From positions 35,361 to 99,360 of IMG/VR virus record IMGVR_UViG_3300028888_000084: 64,000 nucleotides of DNA; one strand, 5' to 3'. Under the pieces are notes generated by a model. It worked only from the letters and a program-made list of their open reading frames with translations, did no database searches and had not been told where the DNA came from. The translations under genes and the position numbers were made by a program. The stretch comes from a virus. Taxonomy: Duplodnaviria > Caudoviricetes. Below are positions 28,777 to 38,872 of this stretch, piece after piece. The stretch's first letter is position 1. Every line of letters begins with the position of its first letter.

Positions 28777-30106
28777 ATTTATTTAAATTTTTATGATAAT
28801 TATAAAGCATAGTCATTACTTCTTGACGTGTAATGTTATCTGTTGGTCTTGTGCCATCACTTATTTTATTTTCGATAGCCCATTTTATATATGGTTCTGC
28901 CCAATTTGATGTATTGGTATTGTTATTTTGTTGTTCGTTTGTAGAAGTATCTGTTTTATCTTCTATGTATTTAATACCATAATATTCACATATAGCTTTG
29001 GCGTGTGCTATTGCACAATCTTTTTGGAATTTAGATGTTTTCATCAAATTGCATTCTGCTAAATTTGTATAAAATCCATTTTCACTTAGCACCGCAGGCA
29101 TATTTGTTTTTAACAATACAGTAAAATTAGCAGTCTTAACCCCTCTGTCTTTTAATCCTAGATCTTTAACGCAGTGTTTTCTTATTAATTCTGCTACTTT
29201 TTCAGCTTTTCCACCTTTCGCACAAACAAAATCTTCCCATCCACTTGCCGAACTCCAATTATCAGTATAAGCATTTCCGTGTATGCTTATAAATAAATCG
29301 CATTTTGCTTTGTTTGCTTTATTAGCACGTTCCGTAAGTGACATATCGTAAGAGCCATCACACGTTATTAAAGTTTTAAATCCGTTTCTTTCAAGTTCTT
29401 CTTTTAAATATCTAGCAATCTTTTGATTAAAATCATATTCTAATAAACTTGAATCTGGACTTCTTTTTCCAGCCGTATTAATTCCATGACCTGGATCTAT
29501 GGCTATATATGGCATATTCACCACTTCCTTATTCATATATATAAGCAACCACGTTGAATTCTTTCTTGTACTTTTAACAAGTATGTTATTACCTTGTTGT
29601 AAATGGCAACTTCCATTTCCATCACAATTTATCGCATATTTTGCACCATTATCTATCATAAATTGTGCAGACTGGTCTATACTCATTTTATTTGATTTAA
29701 CCGATAAAATAATTTCGTCATCATTAAAACCAAACAATGTTCTATAATGGTTGCCATTAATATAAGTAGATACCTTATTCCCCCATTGTATGTTTTTCTG
29801 TCCATTAATAACTAAAGCAGGACTTCCACTAACATAATCATCCGTGGCATCAGTATATTTACACCAATAAACACTATTATCATTTTTAATAGCTATTCCG
29901 TAATCCGAAAATAAATATCCAGATGGCACGCCATTATCTTTTAATAATGTTATGTTTGTTCCTGTTGCAGTATCATATAAAGCGAGGTTCATCAAAATAT
30001 CTGGCTTATATTGTTTATATACGTTTTGTGCTGTCATACCACCATCTATATTTATTATATCTATTTTACGTATATCCTTTTTGTTTATTTTCAATAAAGC
30101 CATCAT
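28775..30106 (-). CDS. Endolysin: NAGPA-like phosphodiester glycosidase + Amidase_3 + SLH-like tail
   Basis: GSPALV, RTLFG and AINCDGNGS (NAGPA-like); IDPGHG, ISIHGNA and ENGF (Zn amidase); DGTRPTDNITRQE (SLH-like). Confidence 0.85.
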   Translation of the reverse strand: MMALLKINKKDIRKIDIINIDGGMTAQNVYKQYKPDILMNLALYDTATGTNITLLKDNGVPSGYLFSDYGIAIKNDNSVYWCKYTDATDDYVSGSPALVINGQKNIQWGNKVSTYINGNHYRTLFGFNDDEIILSVKSNKMSIDQSAQFMIDNGAKYAINCDGNGSCHLQQGNNILVKSTRKNSTWLLIYMNKEVVNMPYIAIDPGHGINTAGKRSPDSSLLEYDFNQKIARYLKEELERNGFKTLITCDGSYDMSLTERANKANKAKCDLFISIHGNAYTDNWSSASGWEDFVCAKGGKAEKVAELIRKHCVKDLGLKDRGVKTANFTVLLKTNMPAVLSENGFYTNLAECNLMKTSKFQKDCAIAHAKAICEYYGIKYIEDKTDTSTNEQQNNNTNTSNWAEPYIKWAIENKISDGTRPTDNITRQEVMTMLYNYHKNLNK

Positions 30107-30119
30107 TACTCAACCCCTT

Positions 30120-30473
30120 TTATTCCTCATTTTGAATTGTATAGTCTGTTTCATTGGAACTTAAGGCTTGATTTTCTATTTTTCTTTGAACACCTTTAAT
30201 TATAACCTCATATTCACCAATAGAAGTTAATAATATTAGTACAGAATTAAATAAACACAATATTATTCCATCGGTACTAAAATCTTGTTTGAATGTTAAT
30301 TGAACTATTAACGAAATACCAATGGATAATATCAAACTAATTACCTTTGGATCTATTTTGTTGATGTACAACTTAATAGCTTCTGTTAATAATGCTACTA
30401 ATGTAACCTGACCACCAAAAGTCATTAAAATTTCCTTTGTAAAAAACTGTAAACTTTCCATATTATTCATCAC
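30120..30473 (-). CDS. Holin (putative)
   Basis: Three hydrophobic segments, directly upstream of the endolysin. Confidence 0.65.
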   Translation of the reverse strand: MMNNMESLQFFTKEILMTFGGQVTLVALLTEAIKLYINKIDPKVISLILSIGISLIVQLTFKQDFSTDGIILCLFNSVLILLTSIGEYEVIIKGVQRKIENQALSSNETDYTIQNEE

Positions 30474-31512
30474 CTTTCAATGAATCTTTTAATTTATCAA
30501 GAGATTTCCAATTTTTCTCTTTAGCGGTCATATCATTATATATGCTATACATATCCGCCGACTTCCATCCCATAACAGCTATTATAAAATCACTTTCTAA
30601 GCCTATTCTACTTAAATAAGTTACTATGTAATGTCGTAAGCAGTGTGGATATAAATTGATATCTTTATGTTCTATGTTAGTTGGTTCATCGTTTGTAAGA
30701 TAATTCTCCCATTTTTTCATCCAGTATCTTGCTGTATCAGCATTTGCTGGTGTTCCATCCTTTTTTATAAACAAACTATTATGATTAAGATTATTTTCTT
30801 TTAATATTTTATTTCTTATATTAATCCATTTTTTATATCTGGGTACAAATATATCTTTTATGATATATTTATACTTCATAGCACCTTGTTTTCCAGCACC
30901 CTTTGTTTTTATTTCCCTTTTAGTTTCCAAAAACAATCCATCAAATGCAACATTATCCTCATCTATTAAATCTATGTCAAATCTGAATAATTCAGATATT
31001 CTTGCACCAGATGATATAGCCAATGCTAGCAGACACTCTTCTTGATACAATTTATTTTGATCTAGCCATTTCATAAGATTATTTACTTGTTCTTCTGTTA
31101 AAATGGTTTTTTCACGTACAACATTTTTAGGTAATTTATCTATTTTTTTTACTATGTTTCTAAAATCAGGATACTCATCATCTAATATGTTTTCTATAAA
31201 GTTACTTAATGAACTTAAAGAACTCCACATTTGCGAATATCTATTTGGCGACCATTTTAAATCAGAAACTGCAAAATCAAAAAAGTCCAATAGTTGTGAT
31301 TTTTTTATATCTATAAAACTTTTATTATCATTATAAACAACATTCCAACAAAAAAATATATTAAAGTTGGATTTATATACTTTGACAGAACTATCAGATC
31401 TTTTTGTATCAAAGTTTTTTAAAAATCTATTGACCAATTTTTGATTTATTGGATTAATTTGTGCTATTAATTCTGGCGTAGTTATAATTTTTTTAAAAGT
31501 TTTTCTAGCCAA
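30463..31512 (-). CDS. Tyrosine recombinase (positionally like SPbeta YomM)
   Basis: SGARISE (R), TKG (K), HCLRH (HxxR), MGW and IY: catalytic set intact. Confidence 0.9.
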   Translation of the reverse strand: MARKTFKKIITTPELIAQINPINQKLVNRFLKNFDTKRSDSSVKVYKSNFNIFFCWNVVYNDNKSFIDIKKSQLLDFFDFAVSDLKWSPNRYSQMWSSLSSLSNFIENILDDEYPDFRNIVKKIDKLPKNVVREKTILTEEQVNNLMKWLDQNKLYQEECLLALAISSGARISELFRFDIDLIDEDNVAFDGLFLETKREIKTKGAGKQGAMKYKYIIKDIFVPRYKKWINIRNKILKENNLNHNSLFIKKDGTPANADTARYWMKKWENYLTNDEPTNIEHKDINLYPHCLRHYIVTYLSRIGLESDFIIAVMGWKSADMYSIYNDMTAKEKNWKSLDKLKDSLKGDE

Positions 31513-31536
31513 TATTAATCACTCCTTTTATAACGA

Positions 31537-31860
31537 TTACTCTCCTTCATTTTCTTGTGGTTCTGTAGGTAATTGATACATTCTTTCAACTAACCCAGGA
31601 ATTACACCATTGCCACCTAAAGCTGTATATTCTTCAAACATATGTTGAACATTTTCACGCTCATATATTTTTAAATATTTATTTTTCATAGCCATATCGT
31701 ATACTTGAATTATACCGTTTCTAAGAAGTGCCTCCACACCCTTTTCTGTGGCTTTATATTCTTTTAATTTTTGATCAAATCGTTTCATTATAACACCGCC
31801 TATCGCCATTAATACACCAAATAGCACCTCTAGCCAATATTTTATTAAAAAATCCAACAT
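31537..31860 (-). CDS. Holin-like membrane protein
   Basis: N-terminal TM helix; ALLR..I..Y and Y.ALGGNG motif family common in Firmicutes lysis cassettes. Confidence 0.6.
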   Translation of the reverse strand: MLDFLIKYWLEVLFGVLMAIGGVIMKRFDQKLKEYKATEKGVEALLRNGIIQVYDMAMKNKYLKIYERENVQHMFEEYTALGGNGVIPGLVERMYQLPTEPQENEGE

Positions 31861-31889
31861 TATTTACACCTCTTTTGCCATTTAAAATA

Positions 31890-32294
31890 TTATAATATGT
31901 TGATTTTCTTTATATTTTTTGTCGAAAATTCTTTTCCTACGTATTCTATTTCTAACGTGCCTTCATATATTCCATCTATAAAAACAGAATAGTTGGTTCC
32001 GCCGTTGCTATATAATATCGATGTCTTATTCTTTTTAGGTAAGTTATAATTAACTTCGCAAATTATTTTATTTTTAAATTCCTTATTTTTTCTTTTACTT
32101 GTTTTTTTACTTATATCATTATTTGATTCAGTATTATCTTCTAATAAAATGTCCTCATTTTTATTTTCAGATATATCTATTATAGCATTTAATTCCTGTG
32201 TATCACAATCAAATACATCTCCAATATTAGTATCTTCCACGTTATATCCCACCCTCCTGATTATTTTCATAGTTAAATTTTGTATTACATCCAT
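31890..32294 (-). CDS. Hypothetical protein
   Basis: ORF track; co-oriented in the late operon. Confidence 0.5.
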   Translation of the reverse strand: MDVIQNLTMKIIRRVGYNVEDTNIGDVFDCDTQELNAIIDISENKNEDILLEDNTESNNDISKKTSKRKNKEFKNKIICEVNYNLPKKNKTSILYSNGGTNYSVFIDGIYEGTLEIEYVGKEFSTKNIKKINIL

Positions 32295-32442
32295 CTTTTA
32301 TATATTCACCAGTCATAACTATTTTATTTTTGACCTTACACCATCTACATTTACTACAATAATTATTATTTATTTTACACCATAGTGCTTTTGTGAAATA
32401 ACTAGAAATATCTTTAGAATATTCACATAAATCTTCTTCCAT
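32242..32442 (-). CDS. Small Cys-rich hypothetical protein
   Basis: Six Cys in 66 aa; SD present. Confidence 0.5.
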   Translation of the reverse strand: MEEDLCEYSKDISSYFTKALWCKINNNYCSKCRWCKVKNKIVMTGEYIKDGCNTKFNYENNQEGGI

Positions 32443-32470
32443 ATTATCAACACCTTTAAATGTAAAAAAA

Positions 32471-32496
32471 TGGAACGGAAGAAAACTTCCGTTCCA
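32471..32496 (-). terminator. Intrinsic terminator after the major tail gene
   Basis: 11-bp stem plus T7 tract on the minus strand. Confidence 0.8.
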
Positions 32497-32505
32497 AAAT
32501 TTTAA

Positions 32506-33537
32506 TTAGCCAACTGTAATTTCAGCTATTGCTGTTAATTCAGGTTTATCCTTTGCTGTGATTGTTATATTAGTAGTACCTTGTGCAACTGCTGTTACTA
32601 ATCCACCTGCAGTTACTGTTGCTATTGTATCACTTCCAGATGTAAATGTTAATTCAGATGCTGAAACTGTGAAAGCGCTTCCAGATTTTGGAACAGCTTT
32701 AACAACCAATTGTTTTGTTTCAGATGCTTCTAATTCAATATCAGAATCTTCTACAGCTAATGTTATAACATTGTCATACCATTTAACACCATTGATTGTT
32801 TCTGTAATGATTGCATAGTATCCACCTTCACTACAATCTGCTGAAGGATTATCTAATGCACTACCAGCGATAGGTACTTGACATACACCAGATGATTGTA
32901 ATGATAATTCTTGTGCACCATTGAATTGGAATCTAGGAACAACAATTTGTAATTCACCAACTTTTGACGAATCGTTAATTACATTGTTTGCACCAGCACG
33001 ATATAAGTTACATCTCATAACAAGTTTAACTTCTGAAGGAATAAAGTTAGAAGATACAACTATGCTCTTTGAACCTAAATCCTTTCTAACATACTTAACA
33101 CAAACTACTTGACCGTCTGCGGCTTCATAATTGAATTGTTTTCCGTTAAGTTCTACTGTTTCGTAACTGTCTTCACCAGGAAGTGTTACCCATGCAATTT
33201 TTCCATAATCTTCGTAATCATCAGGATCACCAACAATAATACCTTGATTATTATTGATTGTAACTTGTTCACTAGCAAAAATTTGTGAAATTTGCTCTAT
33301 GTTAGAACCAGTTTGGAATGCAAGATACTCTAATTTGAATACAACATCTGTTAAGTTGATATCCATTGTACTTGTGTGATAATATTTTCCTAATAGTTTA
33401 TTACCAATACCACCTCTTACATCTTCTGATGATGAGTTGATGTTAATAGAAGAATCTACTAATGTATTTGCTGTAGCTATTATTCTGTCACCAACAAGCA
33501 TATCAACTGTTGCGCAACCTGCGATAAAATTTCTCAT
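32506..33537 (-). CDS. Major tail tube protein with C-terminal Ig-like (Big_2) domain
   Basis: EDVRGGIGN motif; FTSGSDTIATVTAGGLVTAVAQGTTNITIT Ig-like end; strong SD and terminator. Confidence 0.8.
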   Translation of the reverse strand: MRNFIAGCATVDMLVGDRIIATANTLVDSSININSSSEDVRGGIGNKLLGKYYHTSTMDINLTDVVFKLEYLAFQTGSNIEQISQIFASEQVTINNNQGIIVGDPDDYEDYGKIAWVTLPGEDSYETVELNGKQFNYEAADGQVVCVKYVRKDLGSKSIVVSSNFIPSEVKLVMRCNLYRAGANNVINDSSKVGELQIVVPRFQFNGAQELSLQSSGVCQVPIAGSALDNPSADCSEGGYYAIITETINGVKWYDNVITLAVEDSDIELEASETKQLVVKAVPKSGSAFTVSASELTFTSGSDTIATVTAGGLVTAVAQGTTNITITAKDKPELTAIAEITVG

Positions 33538-33568
33538 TATACATTTCCTCCTTTAAATTTTATAGGTC

Positions 33569-34318
33569 TTATCGACCAATATTAAACTTACTTGACAGTG
33601 TTCCGACATCTATGATTTTACTATCTATTCCATCAGTATCGGTTTCTGATAAGTAATGTTCAATTTCTGTTTTGAATTCTACCATACCAGATAAACTTGC
33701 AGTTTTATATATTTCATAATGCAATTTTTTATCTATCATTTCTAGTATTATGTAGAATTTTCTAATTGTTAAATCTAAAACATCTTTATAAGTTAAAGAA
33801 CTACTTATAACTATAGATGTTATTTGTTTTTCAATAGAAACTGGTCTTCGACCTTTTTTTTCTAATCTTTCTTTTTCTTCTAAATCTTTTTTTAGATCAG
33901 GATTTATATCCACCTCTTTATAATCAGGTATATTTTGATGGAGAATTATATCCTTTAATTCATTAAAATCCTTTTTGTATATTTCTACATTGTCAATTTT
34001 AATGAATCTTTTTTTATCTTTATTTAACCCATAATAAATATCAATGTCGTCACGACGTAAGCATAATTTCATTAATTCATAAAACACATACGCATAATTA
34101 TTAGAATCTTTGCCGCTTTTTGTCATGAGATATATTAAAAAATCTAAATAAGACATAGATATAATATTTTTATCTGATATAGAATTTTTATCTATACATA
34201 ATATATTAGAATATGTCATAAATTTAAAATAATCTCTAACCGTAACAGGGTATATAATCAATCCTTTAAAATTTATAGGATCATCATTGGTAAATTCTTG
34301 GATATACTTATCGTACAT
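33569..34318 (-). CDS. Virion morphogenesis protein (YomV-like position)
   Basis: Gene order in the head-tail block; MSYLDFL and LTIRKF motifs. Confidence 0.5.
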   Translation of the reverse strand: MYDKYIQEFTNDDPINFKGLIIYPVTVRDYFKFMTYSNILCIDKNSISDKNIISMSYLDFLIYLMTKSGKDSNNYAYVFYELMKLCLRRDDIDIYYGLNKDKKRFIKIDNVEIYKKDFNELKDIILHQNIPDYKEVDINPDLKKDLEEKERLEKKGRRPVSIEKQITSIVISSSLTYKDVLDLTIRKFYIILEMIDKKLHYEIYKTASLSGMVEFKTEIEHYLSETDTDGIDSKIIDVGTLSSKFNIGR

Positions 34319-34883
34319 TTATATCTCCTACTTTAACAGATATCCACATTGAATAACCAAAGAAATTTCTGTTATTGTAAATGTTCATTCTGCATATATC
34401 ATATTCAGACATATCCTTATCAAATGCAAGAACCCCTACCCCAGCTATATCTCTACCATTTAAACACTCTATTACATTCTGCATCATAACTTCTACACGA
34501 CTTTCGTATGTATCTAGATTTATTATTTTATTATGACATAAACATTCGATGCCTATATCTACTGTGCCTACACTTCTATTATATGGGCTTAAAACTGCAT
34601 TATAAATTCTTAATTGCGATATTTGGCTTGTTATAGCGTCATCTAAAAAAGGACTTCTGAATACACGATAATCTTCTGAATCGCCAGTTCCATTCCATAT
34701 CAAAGCGCCCTTTTCTTCCATAGTTAAATTGGGTTTTGATAGTGCGTCTGGTGTATTATATTTTAATAATTTCCAAATATCTTCATTATTTTTCATTAAA
34801 TATTTTAGTATTGCATAACCGAATCCTCTTGTTGTTTTATAAGTATTATAAGGCAGTTTTTCTTCGAGATCTAAACCATACAT
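34308..34883 (-). CDS. Putative tail terminator / head-tail protein
   Basis: Position; IWKLLKY..DAL motif. Confidence 0.5.
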   Translation of the reverse strand: MYGLDLEEKLPYNTYKTTRGFGYAILKYLMKNNEDIWKLLKYNTPDALSKPNLTMEEKGALIWNGTGDSEDYRVFRSPFLDDAITSQISQLRIYNAVLSPYNRSVGTVDIGIECLCHNKIINLDTYESRVEVMMQNVIECLNGRDIAGVGVLAFDKDMSEYDICRMNIYNNRNFFGYSMWISVKVGDINVR

Positions 34884-35927
34884 TTAAAACAACCCCCTTA
34901 ATTGAATATCAAATGTTTTTGACATGCCATCAGTTTCACATCTTATTTTAACTATATGTGATAAATTCATTTTATTATTCTTTATACTAAAATGGTTTCC
35001 ATCTATTATATCAAAATCGTAAAACGAACTTCTTACAGTATCACAATATATATCAAAAACATTATCAAGTTTGTCATTTCCGTTATACAAATAACACTCA
35101 AATACAGTTGTTTGTCCCTCAAGTACATAATCAATATTAGGCGATAATTCTATTCTTAATTCCTCTTCGTCTGTAGGATTGTATATGTATTTATATTTAT
35201 TCATACTGGCAATTCCTAATTCAAAATTATCATCTGGCGCAGATGGATCTATATTTGCCTCAAATTTTATCAAAGCAGCACTATTCTTATCAAAAGTGTT
35301 TTCTCTTAAAAAATCCTGTTTAGATTTTATTTTATAAACTTGTGTGTCAAATATAAACCTATCATTGATCAATATTCTACTAGAATTAATATTGTTCTGT
35401 GCTATAATTGATATCGTACCCTGTGGAATATCCAATAAATCATTATAATATATATTACTATATTTCATAGCATATTCTATTATACAAGGTTCCTCCACTA
35501 TTTCACCGTCATCATTAATATATTTAAGAACATTATTGCATCTACGTACAACATTAGACTTTGTTATATATTTTGTATTATCAGTATTGCAGGTAATCCA
35601 TATAGAATTATCAAATCTATAACGTGTCCCAATACCTTTGTCATATTTTAAGTCAAAAAACTTTAAATCTTTAAAATCGTCACCACGTTGTAAACCAGTT
35701 TTTGGTTCTATTGCATGACAAACACGACATATGATAGGTTCGAATACCATTGTGCCATGTTCTTTTTCAACTTCTATCTCAAATGTATCTGAAGAAAATT
35801 CATAAGTATCATCTATTTTATCTTTTAACATACGTGAATAATATTTTTCACTTGTTTTATAATCTATTGGCGTATCATACATGGCACTTTTTATATATTT
35901 AATATGTTTATCTGCCATATTAATCAC
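34884..35927 (-). CDS. Putative head closure / head-tail joining protein
   Basis: Position; RRCNNVLK..EPC motif. Confidence 0.5.
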   Translation of the reverse strand: MINMADKHIKYIKSAMYDTPIDYKTSEKYYSRMLKDKIDDTYEFSSDTFEIEVEKEHGTMVFEPIICRVCHAIEPKTGLQRGDDFKDLKFFDLKYDKGIGTRYRFDNSIWITCNTDNTKYITKSNVVRRCNNVLKYINDDGEIVEEPCIIEYAMKYSNIYYNDLLDIPQGTISIIAQNNINSSRILINDRFIFDTQVYKIKSKQDFLRENTFDKNSAALIKFEANIDPSAPDDNFELGIASMNKYKYIYNPTDEEELRIELSPNIDYVLEGQTTVFECYLYNGNDKLDNVFDIYCDTVRSSFYDFDIIDGNHFSIKNNKMNLSHIVKIRCETDGMSKTFDIQLRGLF

Positions 35928-36180
35928 CCCAATTTTTTATAATTTTAGAAACTATATCTATGCATTCGAATATAGTCTTTCTAACTTCATCATGTGTTAC
36001 ATCGTTTATAATTAACGCATTTAATTTAAATTTAACTTGACAAAGTTGTTCAAATTCAAGATTGCCACTTAACTCAAGAACCAAACTTGACAAATATCTT
36101 TTAAAGTCACTGTTATTGTCTTCGTAAATACGCAATGCTTTAAATATTCTATTTATCAATCTATTATAATATTCTTTCAT
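35920..36180 (-). CDS. Small head-tail block protein
   Basis: LINRIFKAL..YE and VRKTIFECI; position. Confidence 0.5.
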   Translation of the reverse strand: MKEYYNRLINRIFKALRIYEDNNSDFKRYLSSLVLELSGNLEFEQLCQVKFKLNALIINDVTHDEVRKTIFECIDIVSKIIKNWGD

Positions 36181-36181
36181 A

Positions 36182-36844
36182 TTATTTATATCTCTTACTG
36201 CTTACACATTCCCACGCATATTTATTCATCCTTTTATCTACAACTTCACGATTAACGATATTCCAATGTGTTTTTGCTTGCGTTGTAGTAGCATTAGACG
36301 ATAGATTAAAATCCGTATCGCCTAACAATCTTATTATGTCCAATTTATCATTAGCAATAAATTCAGACCAACAAGCGACAATAAATTGTGATAATATATA
36401 AGCCTCTTCTTCATATAATTCAACGTTCCACTGACCAGTATAATATGTATATACAATTACACTCGAAGACACGTCTGGAACAACAGATAACTTAACAGAA
36501 TGATCTTCTTTAATATATTCGGCATCAACTAATTCGCCATTCACCTTACATTCAAATATACAATCATCCACAACATCTTCATCTGGATATTGATCTAGAA
36601 TAAATGTATCTTGCACACCATCGGCTTCAAATTCATTAGTTAAAGTATAGGGTTCGACAATATTACGTACCCTCATGGCTGCTTTAAATGGAATAGTAAA
36701 CAAAGAAATAGCATTTGATAGAAAATTATACATAGTTTCACTAAACAATATGGTATTTTTTTCTAATAAAGCCTTTAAAGTAGGATCTTTGAATTCAGTT
36801 ATGGCACGCTTATATACTTCAAAAAAAGAAGTACCTTTTATCAT
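36182..36844 (-). CDS. Putative head-tail adaptor
   Basis: TSFFEVY N-terminus and DTDF motif; two genes after the major capsid gene. Confidence 0.5.
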   Translation of the reverse strand: MIKGTSFFEVYKRAITEFKDPTLKALLEKNTILFSETMYNFLSNAISLFTIPFKAAMRVRNIVEPYTLTNEFEADGVQDTFILDQYPDEDVVDDCIFECKVNGELVDAEYIKEDHSVKLSVVPDVSSSVIVYTYYTGQWNVELYEEEAYILSQFIVACWSEFIANDKLDIIRLLGDTDFNLSSNATTTQAKTHWNIVNREVVDKRMNKYAWECVSSKRYK

Positions 36845-36857
36845 ACCCTTATCCCTC

Positions 36858-37574
36858 CTATAATTCAGAAGAATATAAATCTTTAAGGAATTTATTCATA
36901 AATCCTTCTGTGTATTTATTTAAAATTTTTATTTTTTCTGCATTATCATATCCAGGTTGCTTTGCCTCACATCTTTGTATCCATGTTTTTGCAAGTAATA
37001 TTCTGTGATTATAGTTCATGTTTTTTATTAAATTTTCAAATTCATCCATAGATAAAGATGCTATTTTAGAATAAGTTTCTTTATTCATAGGCATTTTAGT
37101 TACCTCTACACCAAAATCGTCTGCAAAATCAGAACAATCATCACCTAATGTAAAGATACCACGCATAAACCAGTCACGATATCTTGATACTATTGATTGC
37201 ATATCAGAAAATCTAAATGTTCTCTTTTCACCAAATTTTGCAAAAGTAATAGGTGCATTATTAACATATATAGTAGTATCTAATCCTGGATAACATTCAA
37301 AAAGATGTATTAAAGTACAAGGTCTATCCATTTTTGCAACATAAGTATTGCTATCTATAATAGTAGGCTTTGTATCGTTATTTTCGGATTTTTTTAACAT
37401 TTGATTGATTAAATCTTCCAAATGTGATATTTTATTATTTAAATTTTCATTTTCCTTTTTTAATTTATCTACTTCACTATTATCCTCTACGTTATTGTTA
37501 ATTTCTGTATTAATAACTGCATCGCTTACAGTTGCATCTATCTTACTCATTTTTTTAGTTTTTGCCATATTCAT
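36858..37574 (-). CDS. Hypothetical head-associated protein
   Basis: Follows the major capsid gene; coiled-coil N-terminus. Confidence 0.5.
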   Translation of the reverse strand: MNMAKTKKMSKIDATVSDAVINTEINNNVEDNSEVDKLKKENENLNNKISHLEDLINQMLKKSENNDTKPTIIDSNTYVAKMDRPCTLIHLFECYPGLDTTIYVNNAPITFAKFGEKRTFRFSDMQSIVSRYRDWFMRGIFTLGDDCSDFADDFGVEVTKMPMNKETYSKIASLSMDEFENLIKNMNYNHRILLAKTWIQRCEAKQPGYDNAEKIKILNKYTEGFMNKFLKDLYSSEL

Positions 37575-37607
37575 ACTCTCCTTCTATTCCTTTTTATCTT
37601 TATATAT

Positions 37608-37642
37608 TTTTAGTAGACAGCCAACTTGGCTGTCTACTAAAA
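37608..37642. terminator. Hairpin/terminator after the major capsid gene
   Basis: 16-bp perfect stem TTTTAGTAGACAGCCA/TGGCTGTCTACTAAAA. Confidence 0.65.
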
Positions 37643-37661
37643 TTTTTATTTAAAACATTAA

Positions 37662-38837
37662 TTAAGGATTTACTCCAGTAACTGCACCCATCTTAGATGC
37701 TGCTACGAATGTCATACCCATTCTATGTGTTACAGAAATGCCCATTTCCTTATCTGGTGATTCTGTAGGAATTATATCTATTGTTATAGCGCTTCCTTCA
37801 AATACAAGTTTAACAGGTTTATGTCCACCATCAGCCATTAAGTATACAGTTGTGTCTGGAATACCTACTAAAGGTGTTGTATTTACTGTGTTAGGTAATA
37901 GAATTTGTGGAATTCTCATAAGATCTACATCCTTGTAAACTCCGATGTAACCTACTTTTGCCCATTCTTCTCCTAAACCTTCTCTTAAACCAGTATATGC
38001 ACTAGCTTCAGGAATTATTGCACTTAATGCTGCTAATGTACCATAAGCACGAACTCTAGCACCACCATTAGCTGCTCTTAAGATTTCAGCTAATCTTACG
38101 AATGTTAATGTCGAGAAACCATTAACAATATAAGAAGTTGTAGCATTTGCTGTGATATAATTTGTGATAGCATCAATAACCATTTGTGTTACATAAGCAC
38201 TAAATGAAACACCAATTCTATAAACAAATTCACCAAGATCGAATATACCAGCTGCTACTTGATACCAATCAACAGTTGTCTTGATATTGTATGGTTCTGG
38301 ATTTACTGTTAGTTCGTCATTATAAACTCTTTGAACAGATCCACTTAAAACACCTTCAGCTATTCTTGTTACATAGTAAATATCGTTAGATTGTACTTGG
38401 AATCTAGCTGTATCTCCCCATCCGATATTAGCAATGTCTGCAAAATCCATAAATTCCGCAGAAATCATAGCAGGTATAATAGGTGTAATTATTTGTGATA
38501 AAATATTGTTAAATGTTTCTTTGAAAACAACTTTGTTGTGTAACATAGGGTTAGCAATATCTTTTAATTCAAAATTACTAACATCTACACCAGCTTTTTC
38601 TAAGCTGTATTTAACCATTTTCTCAACTGTTAAATCATTTGTGTTTTCCTCATCAATTTTAACATCAGAAAGTAATTCAGCAAATGATTTTCTTCCTGAA
38701 TTTTGTGCTTTTTTAGCAATATATTGTTTAACAACTTCAAAGCCAGATTCAACTAATAATTTTTCATCATCTGTTAATGCTGAAAATCTAGCATCTGCTT
38801 TGTTTAAGTTAAAATATTTTTTAATATTTGTCTTCAT
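37662..38837 (-). CDS. Major capsid protein (YonB-like position)
   Basis: 391 aa after the scaffold and decoration genes; WGDTARF, VDWY and KPVKLVFEG; followed by a strong hairpin. Confidence 0.75.
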   Translation of the reverse strand: MKTNIKKYFNLNKADARFSALTDDEKLLVESGFEVVKQYIAKKAQNSGRKSFAELLSDVKIDEENTNDLTVEKMVKYSLEKAGVDVSNFELKDIANPMLHNKVVFKETFNNILSQIITPIIPAMISAEFMDFADIANIGWGDTARFQVQSNDIYYVTRIAEGVLSGSVQRVYNDELTVNPEPYNIKTTVDWYQVAAGIFDLGEFVYRIGVSFSAYVTQMVIDAITNYITANATTSYIVNGFSTLTFVRLAEILRAANGGARVRAYGTLAALSAIIPEASAYTGLREGLGEEWAKVGYIGVYKDVDLMRIPQILLPNTVNTTPLVGIPDTTVYLMADGGHKPVKLVFEGSAITIDIIPTESPDKEMGISVTHRMGMTFVAASKMGAVTGVNP

Positions 38838-38872
38838 AATTTATTTTACCTTCTTTCTGTGAAATTTTATTA

